IMG/VR virus record: IMGVR_UViG_3300031801_001562
Length of the DNA: 64,000 nucleotides
Origin: a virus
Lineage: Duplodnaviria; Caudoviricetes
Strand: one strand, 5' to 3'
The notes beneath the pieces were generated by a model. The model was given only the letters and a program-made list of their open reading frames with translations. It was not told the origin of the DNA and did not search any database. The position numbers and the translations under genes were made by a program. Positions 1 to 10,028 of the stretch are shown one piece after another. Every line of letters begins with the position of its first letter. Position 1 is the first letter of the stretch.

Positions 1-2975
1 AAACTTTCAACAGATCTTGTTGCTCCAGAAGAATCTAAAAGAGGATGAAGTATAGTAACTGTAGTATTTGGTTTGACTTGGCGGTGACCAAAATCTTCAA
101 AGGAAGTTTCATTTCCCTTCATTTCATCTACAAATTCACCTTTTATTATCATCAATGTCTTACCTATAGATCTTAAACTTCCTTTAGCGGTAGTTGTATC
201 TGGATTGGCTTTGAGCGACTCTTGAATCAAGTTTATTTCAATTGCTTGTATTAATTCTGTAATTCTTTGGGTTAATAATTCCAATTCTCGTAAATCATTT
301 TCTCTCAATTGAGTTAATTCTTCATAAATATTTCTATCTGGACCGTTGAAGACACCGGTTGATATATCAATAGAACCAAAACGATTAACATCCATTATTA
401 GTTCCGTCAAATTTTTTCCGGAAGGTGGCGAGCCCTCCAAATAGTCCAAAATTACGGCTAATGCTATTTTAGCCTCCTTCAACCAAGTAATTTTATCTTT
501 TGCCATCTGGACCGCGTCTCTTGAGTCTCCAAGTTCAACTTCTGTGTCGTCTCCAGTGGTCGCTTCCGCTAAACCCCAATAAGTAGAATTTCGCCTGATC
601 TTACCGCTCCATTCGTCTATCATTAACGGTCCTTCCCCTAGGGGAGCGTTCGTGATACATACATAATTTGTTTGTTTATAAGATACTTTCTCACCCGTCA
701 AATATGCAAATCCATCTGCATCATTGGGTTTGTCTGGATCATAACCCGGAATAGCTATAGCTTCCATTTCTGCGGCAATTTCCACTTCAGCAACAGTTTT
801 TTGTCTTAAACCTAATAACAAAGATAACATATCTAAAGATCTTAAAAGTGGATTCCCGGTCGGGCCTCCTCCTAAAAAACACACGCCGGCACAAAATTTT
901 AAAGATTCCGGTGGTTTGCGATCACCTCCTGCAGCCATCATTCTTTCTCTAAATTTAGTTACTCCACCAGGTCTTGGTTCTAAATATAAAGAATACATAC
1001 CAGTAGCTGGAACACCATCAGCAAATAATTCTAATATTTCTTCGATATCTTTTGCAAAAGCCTGCACGTCCGCCATTTTACCATCGAGCCAAGCTATAAT
1101 AGGATCTAAAGTTTTTTTAGCAGATTCAACACTTGCTTTTATCCCTTTTACTTCTGCTTCACATTTATTAAGCAGTGGGCCCAAAGCTGGAAATAGTTGT
1201 TCTAAACTTTTGCCGGACCAGTTAGGAGATTCTGGCAAAGCATTATCATCATAAGCATCTACTACTATACCCACTGTACATGTGCCTTCTTTAACTTGAT
1301 GGTATATATCGCTCCGTTGATCGTCTGGATTAACTCTATTTCCCTCGCTTTTCTTCGCCTTATCCTTTTGTTCACCCGAGGCCTCCTTGGGCGCTGGCCG
1401 GGCTTCAAATATTATATCACCTGCTTGAAATTCTTGGCCTCCACTTTCAAAATATTCAATTTCTAATGTTTGATTCATATATGGCAAAGAGTTGCGGTTT
1501 ACTTTTGTGCCTATATGTAGCTGTCTTATTCTACTTTCTGTCAACGGAAGATCCGTTGAATCCATGGATTTTGCTGCATTCATTTCTATTTTTTCATTGA
1601 GCCATGGTACAGATTCTATAACTCTTTTTACTCGAGCATAAACATGTTTTGTATTTGATAATATTCTATTAGTTTCATCTGGATCCTGTGCTTCAAACAT
1701 TCCGGAATTTTCTTCTTGCATAACATAGTATGTGGATGTAAGTCCTTCCGTCCCCGAGATGTTTAAGCTAGCATCTCCACTCGCCGCGGTGTCTCCGCCT
1801 ACATTGGTTTGAGCATGCCCGATGGAATCGGCTGTTTGTACCTTCCCCTCGCCTATCGCCCCACTACCCTCTTTACCTTCAGCAACGGTTAACTTCGCTA
1901 CTTTAGATAATAATAATTTATGAGTAACTGCTTTAGGTGCCCATATTTTATCAATTTCTTCTAATAATGTTACAAATCCTTTAATTTCTATAAGCTTATT
2001 AAACTTTTGCAAAATTGTTTTAAATTTGTCAAATTCCGGCATGCCTATTATAAAAATAATGCCTCCAACTGTAGCTGAATCAGACATAATTGGTCTGCCT
2101 GATTTATAATAACTTGGATCTATTAAATCTTTAAATGCTGTTATATCAACATTAGGAACATAATCTCCGAGTCCTAGGTCTGTACCTCCGATTGAATGCA
2201 GTCTTTTAAAATGCTTCGGCACATCACCTAAATCATCAAAAGATTTATCTATAGTTTGTAAAATCCCTCCGGGAGTTAATGACATCAAACCTGTATAATT
2301 ATTCATTTTTATATAAGCTTGGTCAATGAGGCCTTCCTTGGTAGCACCGGCTTCCCCTCCCCACCATTTCAGCGGCGTTTCATCGTACTCCGGAGATTCA
2401 ACATAATTTATTTCACCTGAAATAGGATCTACCTCTATTGGATCAAGTTTTCCTGCGGCGGACAAATGAGAGGGTGTGACTGAACCGTCTGCTTTTACTA
2501 CTGCCGGAACTCGTGTTGCTGGAACATAAACGTTTTTACCAAAAAATAAAGAACCTGTCACAGGATTTCGTTCTACATTTGGTTCAACCGCTCCAGCATG
2601 AACCGGGAGCATGAAAAAGCCAAGGCCTCGTAAATCTGCTAATAATTTTAAAATTTCATCTAGAACCGCTTGAATTGCCGCAAATATAGGATCTATAGTA
2701 GCAAACATTAGAGCTTTATTTAATTCATATATATCTTTAATAAATGCCGCGTTTGCCTTATGAAGTTCCAAGCCCTTTTTAGCAGCTGCAAAAAAAGGTT
2801 TTAAGAAACTTATATCACCTAATGTTTGAGATTTCCAAAGATCCGGATCTTCTTCTACTTCAACTGCTTCAGTTCCAAAAATCGCTCCGGTTGCTGGAGT
2901 ACCATCTGGATTAGTAGTTTTACCCAGCAAGTCCCTATCAACTGTAACCCCTTTAGCGAATGCTTGTGTGGCCAT
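1..2975 (-). CDS. Large (>991 aa) hypothetical protein, probably virion/baseplate-associated; runs off the window edge
   Basis: Absent from the ORF track because its stop is outside the window. Frame checked line by line with no stop from ATG at 2975 (MATQAFAKGVTVDRDLLG...) to base 1. TAATG overlap with the upstream ORF. Function is inferred only from its position after gp5. Confidence 0.8.
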   Translation of the reverse strand, partial: MATQAFAKGVTVDRDLLGKTTNPDGTPATGAIFGTEAVEVEEDPDLWKSQTLGDISFLKPFFAAAKKGLELHKANAAFIKDIYELNKALMFATIDPIFAAIQAVLDEILKLLADLRGLGFFMLPVHAGAVEPNVERNPVTGSLFFGKNVYVPATRVPAVVKADGSVTPSHLSAAGKLDPIEVDPISGEINYVESPEYDETPLKWWGGEAGATKEGLIDQAYIKMNNYTGLMSLTPGGILQTIDKSFDDLGDVPKHFKRLHSIGGTDLGLGDYVPNVDITAFKDLIDPSYYKSGRPIMSDSATVGGIIFIIGMPEFDKFKTILQKFNKLIEIKGFVTLLEEIDKIWAPKAVTHKLLLSKVAKLTVAEGKEGSGAIGEGKVQTADSIGHAQTNVGGDTAASGDASLNISGTEGLTSTYYVMQEENSGMFEAQDPDETNRILSNTKHVYARVKRVIESVPWLNEKIEMNAAKSMDSTDLPLTESRIRQLHIGTKVNRNSLPYMNQTLEIEYFESGGQEFQAGDIIFEARPAPKEASGEQKDKAKKSEGNRVNPDDQRSDIYHQVKEGTCTVGIVVDAYDDNALPESPNWSGKSLEQLFPALGPLLNKCEAEVKGIKASVESAKKTLDPIIAWLDGKMADVQAFAKDIEEILELFADGVPATGMYSLYLEPRPGGVTKFRERMMAAGGDRKPPESLKFCAGVCFLGGGPTGNPLLRSLDMLSLLLGLRQKTVAEVEIAAEMEAIAIPGYDPDKPNDADGFAYLTGEKVSYKQTNYVCITNAPLGEGPLMIDEWSGKIRRNSTYWGLAEATTGDDTEVELGDSRDAVQMAKDKITWLKEAKIALAVILDYLEGSPPSGKNLTELIMDVNRFGSIDISTGVFNGPDRNIYEELTQLRENDLRELELLTQRITELIQAIEINLIQESLKANPDTTTAKGSLRSIGKTLMIIKGEFVDEMKGNETSFEDFGHRQVKPNTTVTILHPLLDSSGATRSVES

Positions 2976-3145
2976 TATACATTCCTTCTTTTCTTTTCAT
3001 TTTCATTAAATTTTTCTATATCTGATTTAACAGTTTCCAATAATATATTTTCTAATTCTATTAATTTTTTAGTTTTTTCAGCCAATTTAACCAATGTAGG
3101 ATGAACTCCTATTACATCTGGTTGTTCCCATTCGTCTTTTGCCAT
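2975..3145 (-). CDS. 56-aa hypothetical protein (coiled-coil-like)
   Basis: Hand translation MAKDEWEQPDVIGVHPTLVKLAEKTKKLIELENILLETVKSDIEKFNENEKKRRNV. Fills the gap between gp5 and the large ORF; its stop overlaps the next ATG. Confidence 0.65.
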   Translation of the reverse strand: MAKDEWEQPDVIGVHPTLVKLAEKTKKLIELENILLETVKSDIEKFNENEKKRRNV

Positions 3146-3150
3146 ATTAC

Positions 3151-5214
3151 CTACGATAATAATGAATTTAAATTTGTTTGCGACTCTACAGTTTTTGGCA
3201 TTACAGCCACCAGCTGAGGAAGTGCTTTGCCTCCAACAATTGGGCCCGGAGCAGCAGGTACGCTGCCTACTAAGTCATGTCCGTGCGATTGATATTCTGT
3301 AAAAAAATCATCTAGAATTTTTCTTAAAGAAGCTACATCATTTTTAATTGTTATTAAGCCAGCACCATCAATTGCTAGTACACCTTTTGCTTTGTTCGAT
3401 ATATTTATTTCTCCTGCTGCTCCGCTGCTTTGAATTTTTATTTCTCCTGAGGGAGAGTCGCCAAGAGAAATTTCTCCAACTTTATTTTTCATTGTTATAG
3501 CGCCAAGTGGAGTAGCCATTGTTATTTGAGCTGTTGCCGGATTTTTAGGAGTAATAGCAATATACCCGGATGAAGAAGCTTTTGCACCTTTTTCAGAAGT
3601 AGAAGGAAGTCTATTTAATTGAAATAATAGGCCACCGGTAGACTCTGTTGCAGCAGATCTTAAATTAATAATTCCATTATTACATATAATAGATTTGCCT
3701 GCACCACTACCCGCATTTATTACATTCATTCCTTGAATAATTTCTTCACTATTATGCGAATAAGTTTCCGTTCCACTTTGAGCAGATAAACCGTACGCTC
3801 CCATGGTACTTTGTGTTATTTGTGAAGCAGTTGTAATTTTTGCGCCACCAATATTTTCTGAGAAAGGACCTTTTCTTGTAATATATGTTCCGGTGTTGTC
3901 AGCAAGCGGAAGCATGGGGCCCCCATGAAGAGTTGGTAAATCAAGGGCTCGTTCCCCTTCTAAGTACAAAGGCGTATTGAATGCAATAGATTCTTTAGCG
4001 TTAAATTCAATTTTAGCCGCAGTGATAAAAGCAATTCCATCTTTACAATACACTTCAACATTGCCTTGTTCTGCTTCTAGATGTACGTCACCAGATCCTT
4101 TAACTCGCAACCAATAATCTTCTTGTCCGCCTGCAGTATTCACACATAATTCATATCCATACTTTATGGATGAATATTTAACGCCACCAACTGATTCATA
4201 AGCATTTTTTAAAACACAAGAATAATAATCTCGATTAGATTTATCAACCATAGTTCCTAGTGGACCTATTTCTCTATAGGTTCCGGAACGATGATACCAA
4301 TGTAATCTTTCTCTAGTTGGAGTATCATCAATTTCAATAACATGACCACTTTCTGATACATGTACATGATTATACGGATACGCGGCATCATAAGGAGGAA
4401 TTGGTTCTTGAAAAGTAGTTTTTCCTGTACCTTTGGCCATAGGATAAGGAAGCATTCTTAAATCCGTTTTTGTTTGAACAATAGAGGTGCCCTGCTGTGC
4501 AATTATCGACTCACCTTGGGCATTGGATGTTAGGACTGTATCAATTTTTGTACTGTTATCTTCGCGCCCTCTAGCTAATCTTGGAGTCGTTGGTTCGCCC
4601 AAAAATCTAAAAAGAGGATAATTATAAGAAAATTCATAATCTGGAACTTGTGCTTCCTGTGATTCTGTTTCTTTAACTAAAGTTTCCTCTAAAACTTGGC
4701 CCTTAACAAAAGTAGCTCTATCACTTCTTTCAATTATTTCAATTCCTCTTTGTTTATTGAATTTTATACTTAGAGGATGTTGTGGAACATCTTTAAACTC
4801 GGGAGGATTACCTTTGATTTCGCCAGTTTTAGCATCTACTTGATAAAAGCGTGGAGTAAAATCTCTCGGATCATTAAAACCTTCATCGGGATTACAAGGT
4901 TTATCAGGTCTGCCAGGTAATGTGCCTATCATAACAGGATCATTAGCGGCGTCTCCATCTCTAAAAAATCCCATAACCCATGTGCCTTCAACAGGACCAG
5001 TTGGACTTGTTCCTACTCCTGTTTGAGAAGCAGAGGTAATGGGCAGTAACGGATGAGCCCATGGCAAAAGTTTTGTGGGTAGGTCCATCTTATCTTTTGT
5101 ATGCCAACCAAGCCATCTTACTCTACATCTTCCCAAATATAGAGGATCAAATCTATTTTCTACAACACCAACAGCCCAAACAAAGCCTTCTTTTCCCATA
5201 AAATCGGGTTCCAT
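3151..5214 (-). CDS. gp5: Baseplate central spike gp5-like protein (OB-fold N-terminus, beta-helix C-terminus, no recognisable lysozyme domain)
   Basis: N-terminal FVWAVGVVENRFDPLYLGRCRVRWLGWH...LPWA...GTWVMGFFRDG and internal YPYNHVHVSESGHVIEIDDTP..ERLHWYHRSGTY are typical gp5 motifs. Confidence 0.93.
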   Translation of the reverse strand: MEPDFMGKEGFVWAVGVVENRFDPLYLGRCRVRWLGWHTKDKMDLPTKLLPWAHPLLPITSASQTGVGTSPTGPVEGTWVMGFFRDGDAANDPVMIGTLPGRPDKPCNPDEGFNDPRDFTPRFYQVDAKTGEIKGNPPEFKDVPQHPLSIKFNKQRGIEIIERSDRATFVKGQVLEETLVKETESQEAQVPDYEFSYNYPLFRFLGEPTTPRLARGREDNSTKIDTVLTSNAQGESIIAQQGTSIVQTKTDLRMLPYPMAKGTGKTTFQEPIPPYDAAYPYNHVHVSESGHVIEIDDTPTRERLHWYHRSGTYREIGPLGTMVDKSNRDYYSCVLKNAYESVGGVKYSSIKYGYELCVNTAGGQEDYWLRVKGSGDVHLEAEQGNVEVYCKDGIAFITAAKIEFNAKESIAFNTPLYLEGERALDLPTLHGGPMLPLADNTGTYITRKGPFSENIGGAKITTASQITQSTMGAYGLSAQSGTETYSHNSEEIIQGMNVINAGSGAGKSIICNNGIINLRSAATESTGGLLFQLNRLPSTSEKGAKASSSGYIAITPKNPATAQITMATPLGAITMKNKVGEISLGDSPSGEIKIQSSGAAGEINISNKAKGVLAIDGAGLITIKNDVASLRKILDDFFTEYQSHGHDLVGSVPAAPGPIVGGKALPQLVAVMPKTVESQTNLNSLLS

Positions 5215-5229
5215 TTTATCCTTTCTTAA

Positions 5230-7449
5230 TCATAATTTTACCATAGGAAATCCTAGTTTGGAGTAATCCACTTTGTAGAATCCTTCTGCGTCCACTGAAA
5301 CGGCATCAGAGTGCCTGGTGCCGATTAGTTCTTGTGCCATTACACCTCTCCACTTGATATCCTTATCCCACTTGAAACTGAAGGAGTAGATATTTGGATT
5401 GCCATCCTTTCCTTCTTCTATAAGTTGAATGTTTTCTTTTAATCTAATATCAGAAGACCCTTGGCTCTCTGCTAGCGATTGTTTATCATAGATTCGTGTC
5501 GGTGTACCGTGCCTTGATAAGCCCATTCTGCCTTTGTTCGGCTTTAGCTTCGGCCTCGGTTGTGCCTGGCTGCTGCTTTGCGACGGCGGGCTGTAGCTTT
5601 GTGTAACGCTATCACCGGCATCCTTCAATTCAGTTGGGTCGACTCTGTCTTCATTAGACAGCCCGGTGTTCTCGGCCCTAACCGCGGCTTCCAAAGATTT
5701 GAGGCGCAGCTGTGCTTCTTCGTGTGCTGATGCCCCTCCAGCCCAAGCTGAAATTACAGCTTCATCTAAACTAGGTGGTACATTTTCTAAACAATCTTTT
5801 CTAATTTGAATTTCTTGATAATATCTTTCATTCGTAAATACGTGATTTATTTTTGTCATAATATATTTACCACTCAAAAAGGGATCCTCTCCGGATCCGG
5901 AACTCTCGGTCAGATACGCGTGAGATGGCATATGCCACCAAATAATATCTCCAACTCTTAAAGATGAATCTCCGGCTAATTTAAGAGTTATTTTTATATT
6001 ATCAAGTTGCTGAAATTGTGAATCTCTTTTTTGTGATCGATACTCAAGGTTAGTTTCGTTAATGCCAGGTTCTGCGCCTCCTCCCCCCGAACTGCCTCCC
6101 CCCATGTCTTTTCTATTTTCTTTTAGAAAAAACGCATGATTAAAATTTGTTCCCATTAATTTTACGCGTGCGCCTTCGCCGCCGTCTTCATCAATCAAAC
6201 AATCATGATTATATGAACAAAGTTTACCGTTTCCAAGCGAAATGGTAAAATCTGCTAGTTTCTTGTCGGATTTTTCTGCGGTGCTGTCTCCTATCTGAAC
6301 CTCAGTCGACGAGTTCTCGGCAGCCAGTTCTATTACTCTGTCATCTTTTTTCTCAATATATCTATATCCTATAATTTCATATCTCATTCGAATCATATCA
6401 TGCGTTATTAATCTAGCAGCATACATTCCTTCTCTCATATTATCAATAATATCAAAAAGACTATCAACACTATATTCTTCTACATTATTAAATGCTATTC
6501 CCGGCCAGCCTCCTCCGGCCCACGTGTCCTTTGGATCTACTGAAGAATCTACTTTTGCCACAAAATTTCGTTTAGGTTCTCTTTTAAAACTTGTTTCCAA
6601 ACTTTCAAATTTAAATTGAGTTAAAGTTTCATAAAACATATATAAAGCACCATCTGCTGGCGCGATTTCCTCTTGACTATCGTCATCTTCTATTGGTTCA
6701 TTTGCAGATGTCGCTTTTTCAGCCAAATCATTCATAATATCAAATGGAGATTTAAAAGGAAAACAAAAAGTATGTTTATCGGCTGTTGGTTCAACTATAA
6801 GCTTTTTGGGTTCAGTTGTAAACTTATATGATGAATAGTAAGTTGACATTGGCTTTGCGATATAATTTTCGTAAATATCCTTAACGACGGATTCAATTTT
6901 TACATCATGATATCCTTTACTCATTTTCTTTTTTTCACTAATAATAGCTTCTATTGAAATACAATGGAGCACATATAATTTTAATCTTTCAGTGGAATTA
7001 ACTATAGGAGAAACAGTATATACTCTAAATGTTTTTTTAATAATATTATCGAGAGGATTATCGGCGTCCACCAATTCAAATCCTCTGGTCTGTGCTTCAA
7101 ATTGAACAAATTCTTCACCTATAATTGGAATAGTTTCTCTAAATCCATAAGAATCTCTTATTGCAATATCACATAATAAATAAGGTTTATTAATATCTTC
7201 ATATACGGTTAATGTATCAATCATTGGTATCATATTAACTGGTTCTAATTGTCCGTCTCCTTCAGATAATGCTACATTTGGAGATATTATATCACATTTT
7301 ACAATATCATACAATCCCGCCATTGGTGCCGCCTCTTCAATTTTTTCCGCATCGGGTGCACCTATGCTAACTGGAGACCGAAGCTGAGGGGGCTTTAGTA
7401 CATTAACTATTTCTTCTGCTCGATTTTCATGAAAATCCGCATCTGCCAT
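5230..7449 (-). CDS. gp27-like baseplate hub protein with a C-terminal Peptidase_S74-type intramolecular chaperone domain
   Basis: Lies between gp53 and gp5. Hub-like segments (LTVYEDINKPYLLCDIAIRDS; GDSSLRVGDII...SGKYIMTKINHVF). C-terminal SSDIRLKENI...GVMAQEL...YKVDYSKL matches the S74 pattern. Confidence 0.7.
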   Translation of the reverse strand: MADADFHENRAEEIVNVLKPPQLRSPVSIGAPDAEKIEEAAPMAGLYDIVKCDIISPNVALSEGDGQLEPVNMIPMIDTLTVYEDINKPYLLCDIAIRDSYGFRETIPIIGEEFVQFEAQTRGFELVDADNPLDNIIKKTFRVYTVSPIVNSTERLKLYVLHCISIEAIISEKKKMSKGYHDVKIESVVKDIYENYIAKPMSTYYSSYKFTTEPKKLIVEPTADKHTFCFPFKSPFDIMNDLAEKATSANEPIEDDDSQEEIAPADGALYMFYETLTQFKFESLETSFKREPKRNFVAKVDSSVDPKDTWAGGGWPGIAFNNVEEYSVDSLFDIIDNMREGMYAARLITHDMIRMRYEIIGYRYIEKKDDRVIELAAENSSTEVQIGDSTAEKSDKKLADFTISLGNGKLCSYNHDCLIDEDGGEGARVKLMGTNFNHAFFLKENRKDMGGGSSGGGGAEPGINETNLEYRSQKRDSQFQQLDNIKITLKLAGDSSLRVGDIIWWHMPSHAYLTESSGSGEDPFLSGKYIMTKINHVFTNERYYQEIQIRKDCLENVPPSLDEAVISAWAGGASAHEEAQLRLKSLEAAVRAENTGLSNEDRVDPTELKDAGDSVTQSYSPPSQSSSQAQPRPKLKPNKGRMGLSRHGTPTRIYDKQSLAESQGSSDIRLKENIQLIEEGKDGNPNIYSFSFKWDKDIKWRGVMAQELIGTRHSDAVSVDAEGFYKVDYSKLGFPMVKL

Positions 7450-7454
7450 TTTTA

Positions 7455-8012
7455 TTACCTGTATCGTTTAGATTGAGCTTCTTTCATAATATTTTCAACA
7501 TATTGTCTATCAATTATTTTGATATGTCTATTTCTCTCATTTCTTTTAAATTCCATATCATATTTGGTTATTCTTTTTCTCTCTGGATCTGCTAGAAGAT
7601 TATATGCATCTTTATCAACTATAACTTCCATTAATTTAGTTGTATCAGTTTCTTCTTGTGTTATTTGTCTATATTCATGAACTTGTTTTTTAGCTCGTTC
7701 AGTGGTCCCGTATTTTCCTTTTATCATTTTTGTAAAATCTTGAGAACTCAAAGGCCAATCGAAATAGGGATTAAACATTTGATTAGTTAAAAATATTATC
7801 CAATCATATTTGACATCACCATATACGAGAAAAGCTGTTGTATCGGGACGCTCAGTATCTCCTATGATATGTTTATCAAAATTTATAGCTTTATCAAGCA
7901 CATTTTGTTTTATTAAATTTCGAATAAATATATCTTTGGCAGTAGTTGTCTCGGCGTATTTGCTTCCGGTTATATTATATTGAATATTTGGTAAGTATGA
8001 AAAATATGACAT
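7455..8012 (-). CDS. gp53: Baseplate wedge subunit gp53
   Basis: MSYFSYLPNIQY...ERPDTTAFLVYGDVKYDWIIFLTN..NPYFDWPLS pattern and synteny with gp48. Confidence 0.9.
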   Translation of the reverse strand: MSYFSYLPNIQYNITGSKYAETTTAKDIFIRNLIKQNVLDKAINFDKHIIGDTERPDTTAFLVYGDVKYDWIIFLTNQMFNPYFDWPLSSQDFTKMIKGKYGTTERAKKQVHEYRQITQEETDTTKLMEVIVDKDAYNLLADPERKRITKYDMEFKRNERNRHIKIIDRQYVENIMKEAQSKRYR

Positions 8013-8893
8013 TAATATCCCTGCGTAACTAGTTCTTTGGTTATAATAACGACTTCTGTAAAAGAAACAGTTAATTTTATTTCAAATGGAGCATTATCTC
8101 GAAAAAAGAATGGTACTCCCGCTGCGGCATAATTAGCTATAACACTATTACATACACTTCTTGCTATTTTAAATGGAGTTCCATCCGCTCCGCCTGCGTG
8201 ACCAAATCTAATATCCCAAGTACTTGGAAAAGTATAAAAGTTTGATCCGGCACCTTTTTTACGCTCAGATCCGCCAGTCCCAGATTGTGCTGTACCATCT
8301 CCGGCCAAGTTCGATATTGGATCCGCATAGCCGGGTAAAGTTGAGATTCTGAAAGCTTCTATAATCTTCCGAATTGTTTCCGATTCCGTATCATTTTTTG
8401 CTATCATAGGGAATTCAAATACAAATTTTCTAAATTTTCCAGGACCCTGATATAGTAAAGACATTTTAGGATTAATTGCAATATTCGAACCACCCAATGC
8501 TTTTTTTAATAAATCAGATTTTTTTATTGTTGTGGAAAGAGCATGCTCCCCGACGGCCTCTGCCATTTTGCCATAATTAACATTTTTAAAGGCAGCAATA
8601 AAATTTTCATGAGTTCCTTCGGATTGAAAATAATCTTTAATCCCAGAAGAAACTTTTCCGGCTGCTTCTGTAAGAACTGTTCCTAATCCTTCTTGTTCCG
8701 CATATACTGCTTCTGCTGTTGAAATTAATGCTTGCGCACCCATAGGAAGGGCTATACTATATTCAGCACCACTAGGGGCACTTTGCGCAAAAAGTTGAGG
8801 ATAAGAAGTAAACAAGACCCAATGACTCTCATCTCCTTTGTTGGATTTCACTGCTAGATTGTCTGGATAGGTAAGATCCGGTTTGGATGCCAT
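8012..8893 (-). CDS. gp48: Baseplate tail-tube cap gp48
   Basis: IALPMG, INPKMSLLYQGP.FRKFVFEFPMIAKN..ES..I..II..FR, and C-terminal FFRDNAPFEIKLTVSFTE; sits upstream of gp53. Confidence 0.8.
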   Translation of the reverse strand: MASKPDLTYPDNLAVKSNKGDESHWVLFTSYPQLFAQSAPSGAEYSIALPMGAQALISTAEAVYAEQEGLGTVLTEAAGKVSSGIKDYFQSEGTHENFIAAFKNVNYGKMAEAVGEHALSTTIKKSDLLKKALGGSNIAINPKMSLLYQGPGKFRKFVFEFPMIAKNDTESETIRKIIEAFRISTLPGYADPISNLAGDGTAQSGTGGSERKKGAGSNFYTFPSTWDIRFGHAGGADGTPFKIARSVCNSVIANYAAAGVPFFFRDNAPFEIKLTVSFTEVVIITKELVTQGY

Positions 8894-8903
8894 TGTTTCT
8901 CCG

Positions 8904-8911
8904 TATAAATA
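8904..8911 (+). promoter_or_regulatory. T4-type late promoter TATAAATA
   Basis: Exact TATAAATA in the gp48/gp4 divergent intergenic gap, 37 nt before the gp4 start. gp33, the late coactivator, is encoded in the window. Confidence 0.7.
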
Positions 8912-8947
8912 GTTTACACATGTTCAATTATTTATCGATTATTTATT

Positions 8948-9391
8948 ATGGCGTACAAAGGAAAATTTAAACCAAAACATCGCGATAAATATAAAGGGAA
9001 CCCCACTAATATAATTTATAGAAGTTTGTGGGAGAGGCGCTTCATGGTTTATTGTGATTTTAATGATAATGTTGTAAAATGGTCTAGTGAGGAAATAGTT
9101 ATACCATATAGATCACCTTTTGATAAGAGGATTCACAAATATTATCCTGATTTTTGGGTTAAAATAAAAAAACATGATGGTACCTTTGAAACATCAGTTA
9201 TTGAAGTTAAACCCAAATCACAAACTATTCCACCTAAGCCTCGTTTGAATAAAAGGAAGAGTGGTAGGTATTTATTAGAAATGAAAAGATATGGCGTAAA
9301 TGAAGCTAAATGGAAAGCTGCTACCACATTTTGTGAGTATAAAAATTGGAAATTTAAAATTATAACAGAAGATCAATTGCTCTCTAAATAA
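8948..9391 (+). CDS. gp4: Head completion nuclease gp4
   Basis: MAYKGKFKP....KYKGNPTNIIYRSLWERRFMVYCD...WSSEE..IPY..P.D...H.Y.PDF...EVKP...N.AKW.AA. Confidence 0.93.
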   Translation: MAYKGKFKPKHRDKYKGNPTNIIYRSLWERRFMVYCDFNDNVVKWSSEEIVIPYRSPFDKRIHKYYPDFWVKIKKHDGTFETSVIEVKPKSQTIPPKPRLNKRKSGRYLLEMKRYGVNEAKWKAATTFCEYKNWKFKIITEDQLLSK

Positions 9392-9394
9392 TAC

Positions 9395-10012
9395 ATGGCA
9401 CTACGAAAACTTTCACATATAGAAGATGATGCAGTTGAATGGCTTAGGGAAAAGTATGAAAAGCTCCGGCACTCATTAATAGTTGCAAGAGTTGGATCAA
9501 TTAAAAATCCCTATAATATTATAAGTGAAGGTAATAGAGAAAAAGAGTTGAAATTAGGGAGAATGTATTTTTTTCATTATCAGCCCAAAACGAGAATGAA
9601 ATTACCTTATTATGATACATTTCCGCTAGTTATTCCAATAAAACCTTATCCCAAAGGTATGCTGGGAATGAATTTTCATTATCTCCCTTATAGATTAAGA
9701 GAAAAATTAATGAAAAAATTGATTGGGTTTTTAAATGAAGAAGATTTGCAAGCTTATTTACATGTTACATATAATGATATTAAAGGATTTACTCGATATA
9801 AAGAAGCTAAGCCTACCCTTCATAAATATGATTTAACAGGCTCATATGTTCGTTCACAATTTATTCATATAGAACCCGGTGAATGGACCACCGCATTACA
9901 TTTGCCCGTAGAGGAATTTAGATCTCGCGGAGGCGGTATGGGGGTTACAAAAGCTAAAGTTTGGGGTGATAGTAAAGATATAATCGATCATCACGCTAGA
10001 AAATTTATATAA
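9395..10012 (+). CDS. gp2: DNA end protector protein gp2
   Basis: GRMYFFHYQPK....LPYYDTFPLVIP...GMLGMNFHYLP motif; adjacent to gp4. Confidence 0.9.
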   Translation: MALRKLSHIEDDAVEWLREKYEKLRHSLIVARVGSIKNPYNIISEGNREKELKLGRMYFFHYQPKTRMKLPYYDTFPLVIPIKPYPKGMLGMNFHYLPYRLREKLMKKLIGFLNEEDLQAYLHVTYNDIKGFTRYKEAKPTLHKYDLTGSYVRSQFIHIEPGEWTTALHLPVEEFRSRGGGMGVTKAKVWGDSKDIIDHHARKFI

Positions 10013-10028
10013 AATATTACGGAGATTT

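Noticed and set aside
8927-8946. attatttat direct repeat giving GATAAATA/AATAAATA on the minus strand
   Set aside because: These may be degenerate late promoters for the gp48 operon, but each has a mismatch and cannot be distinguished from AT-rich background.
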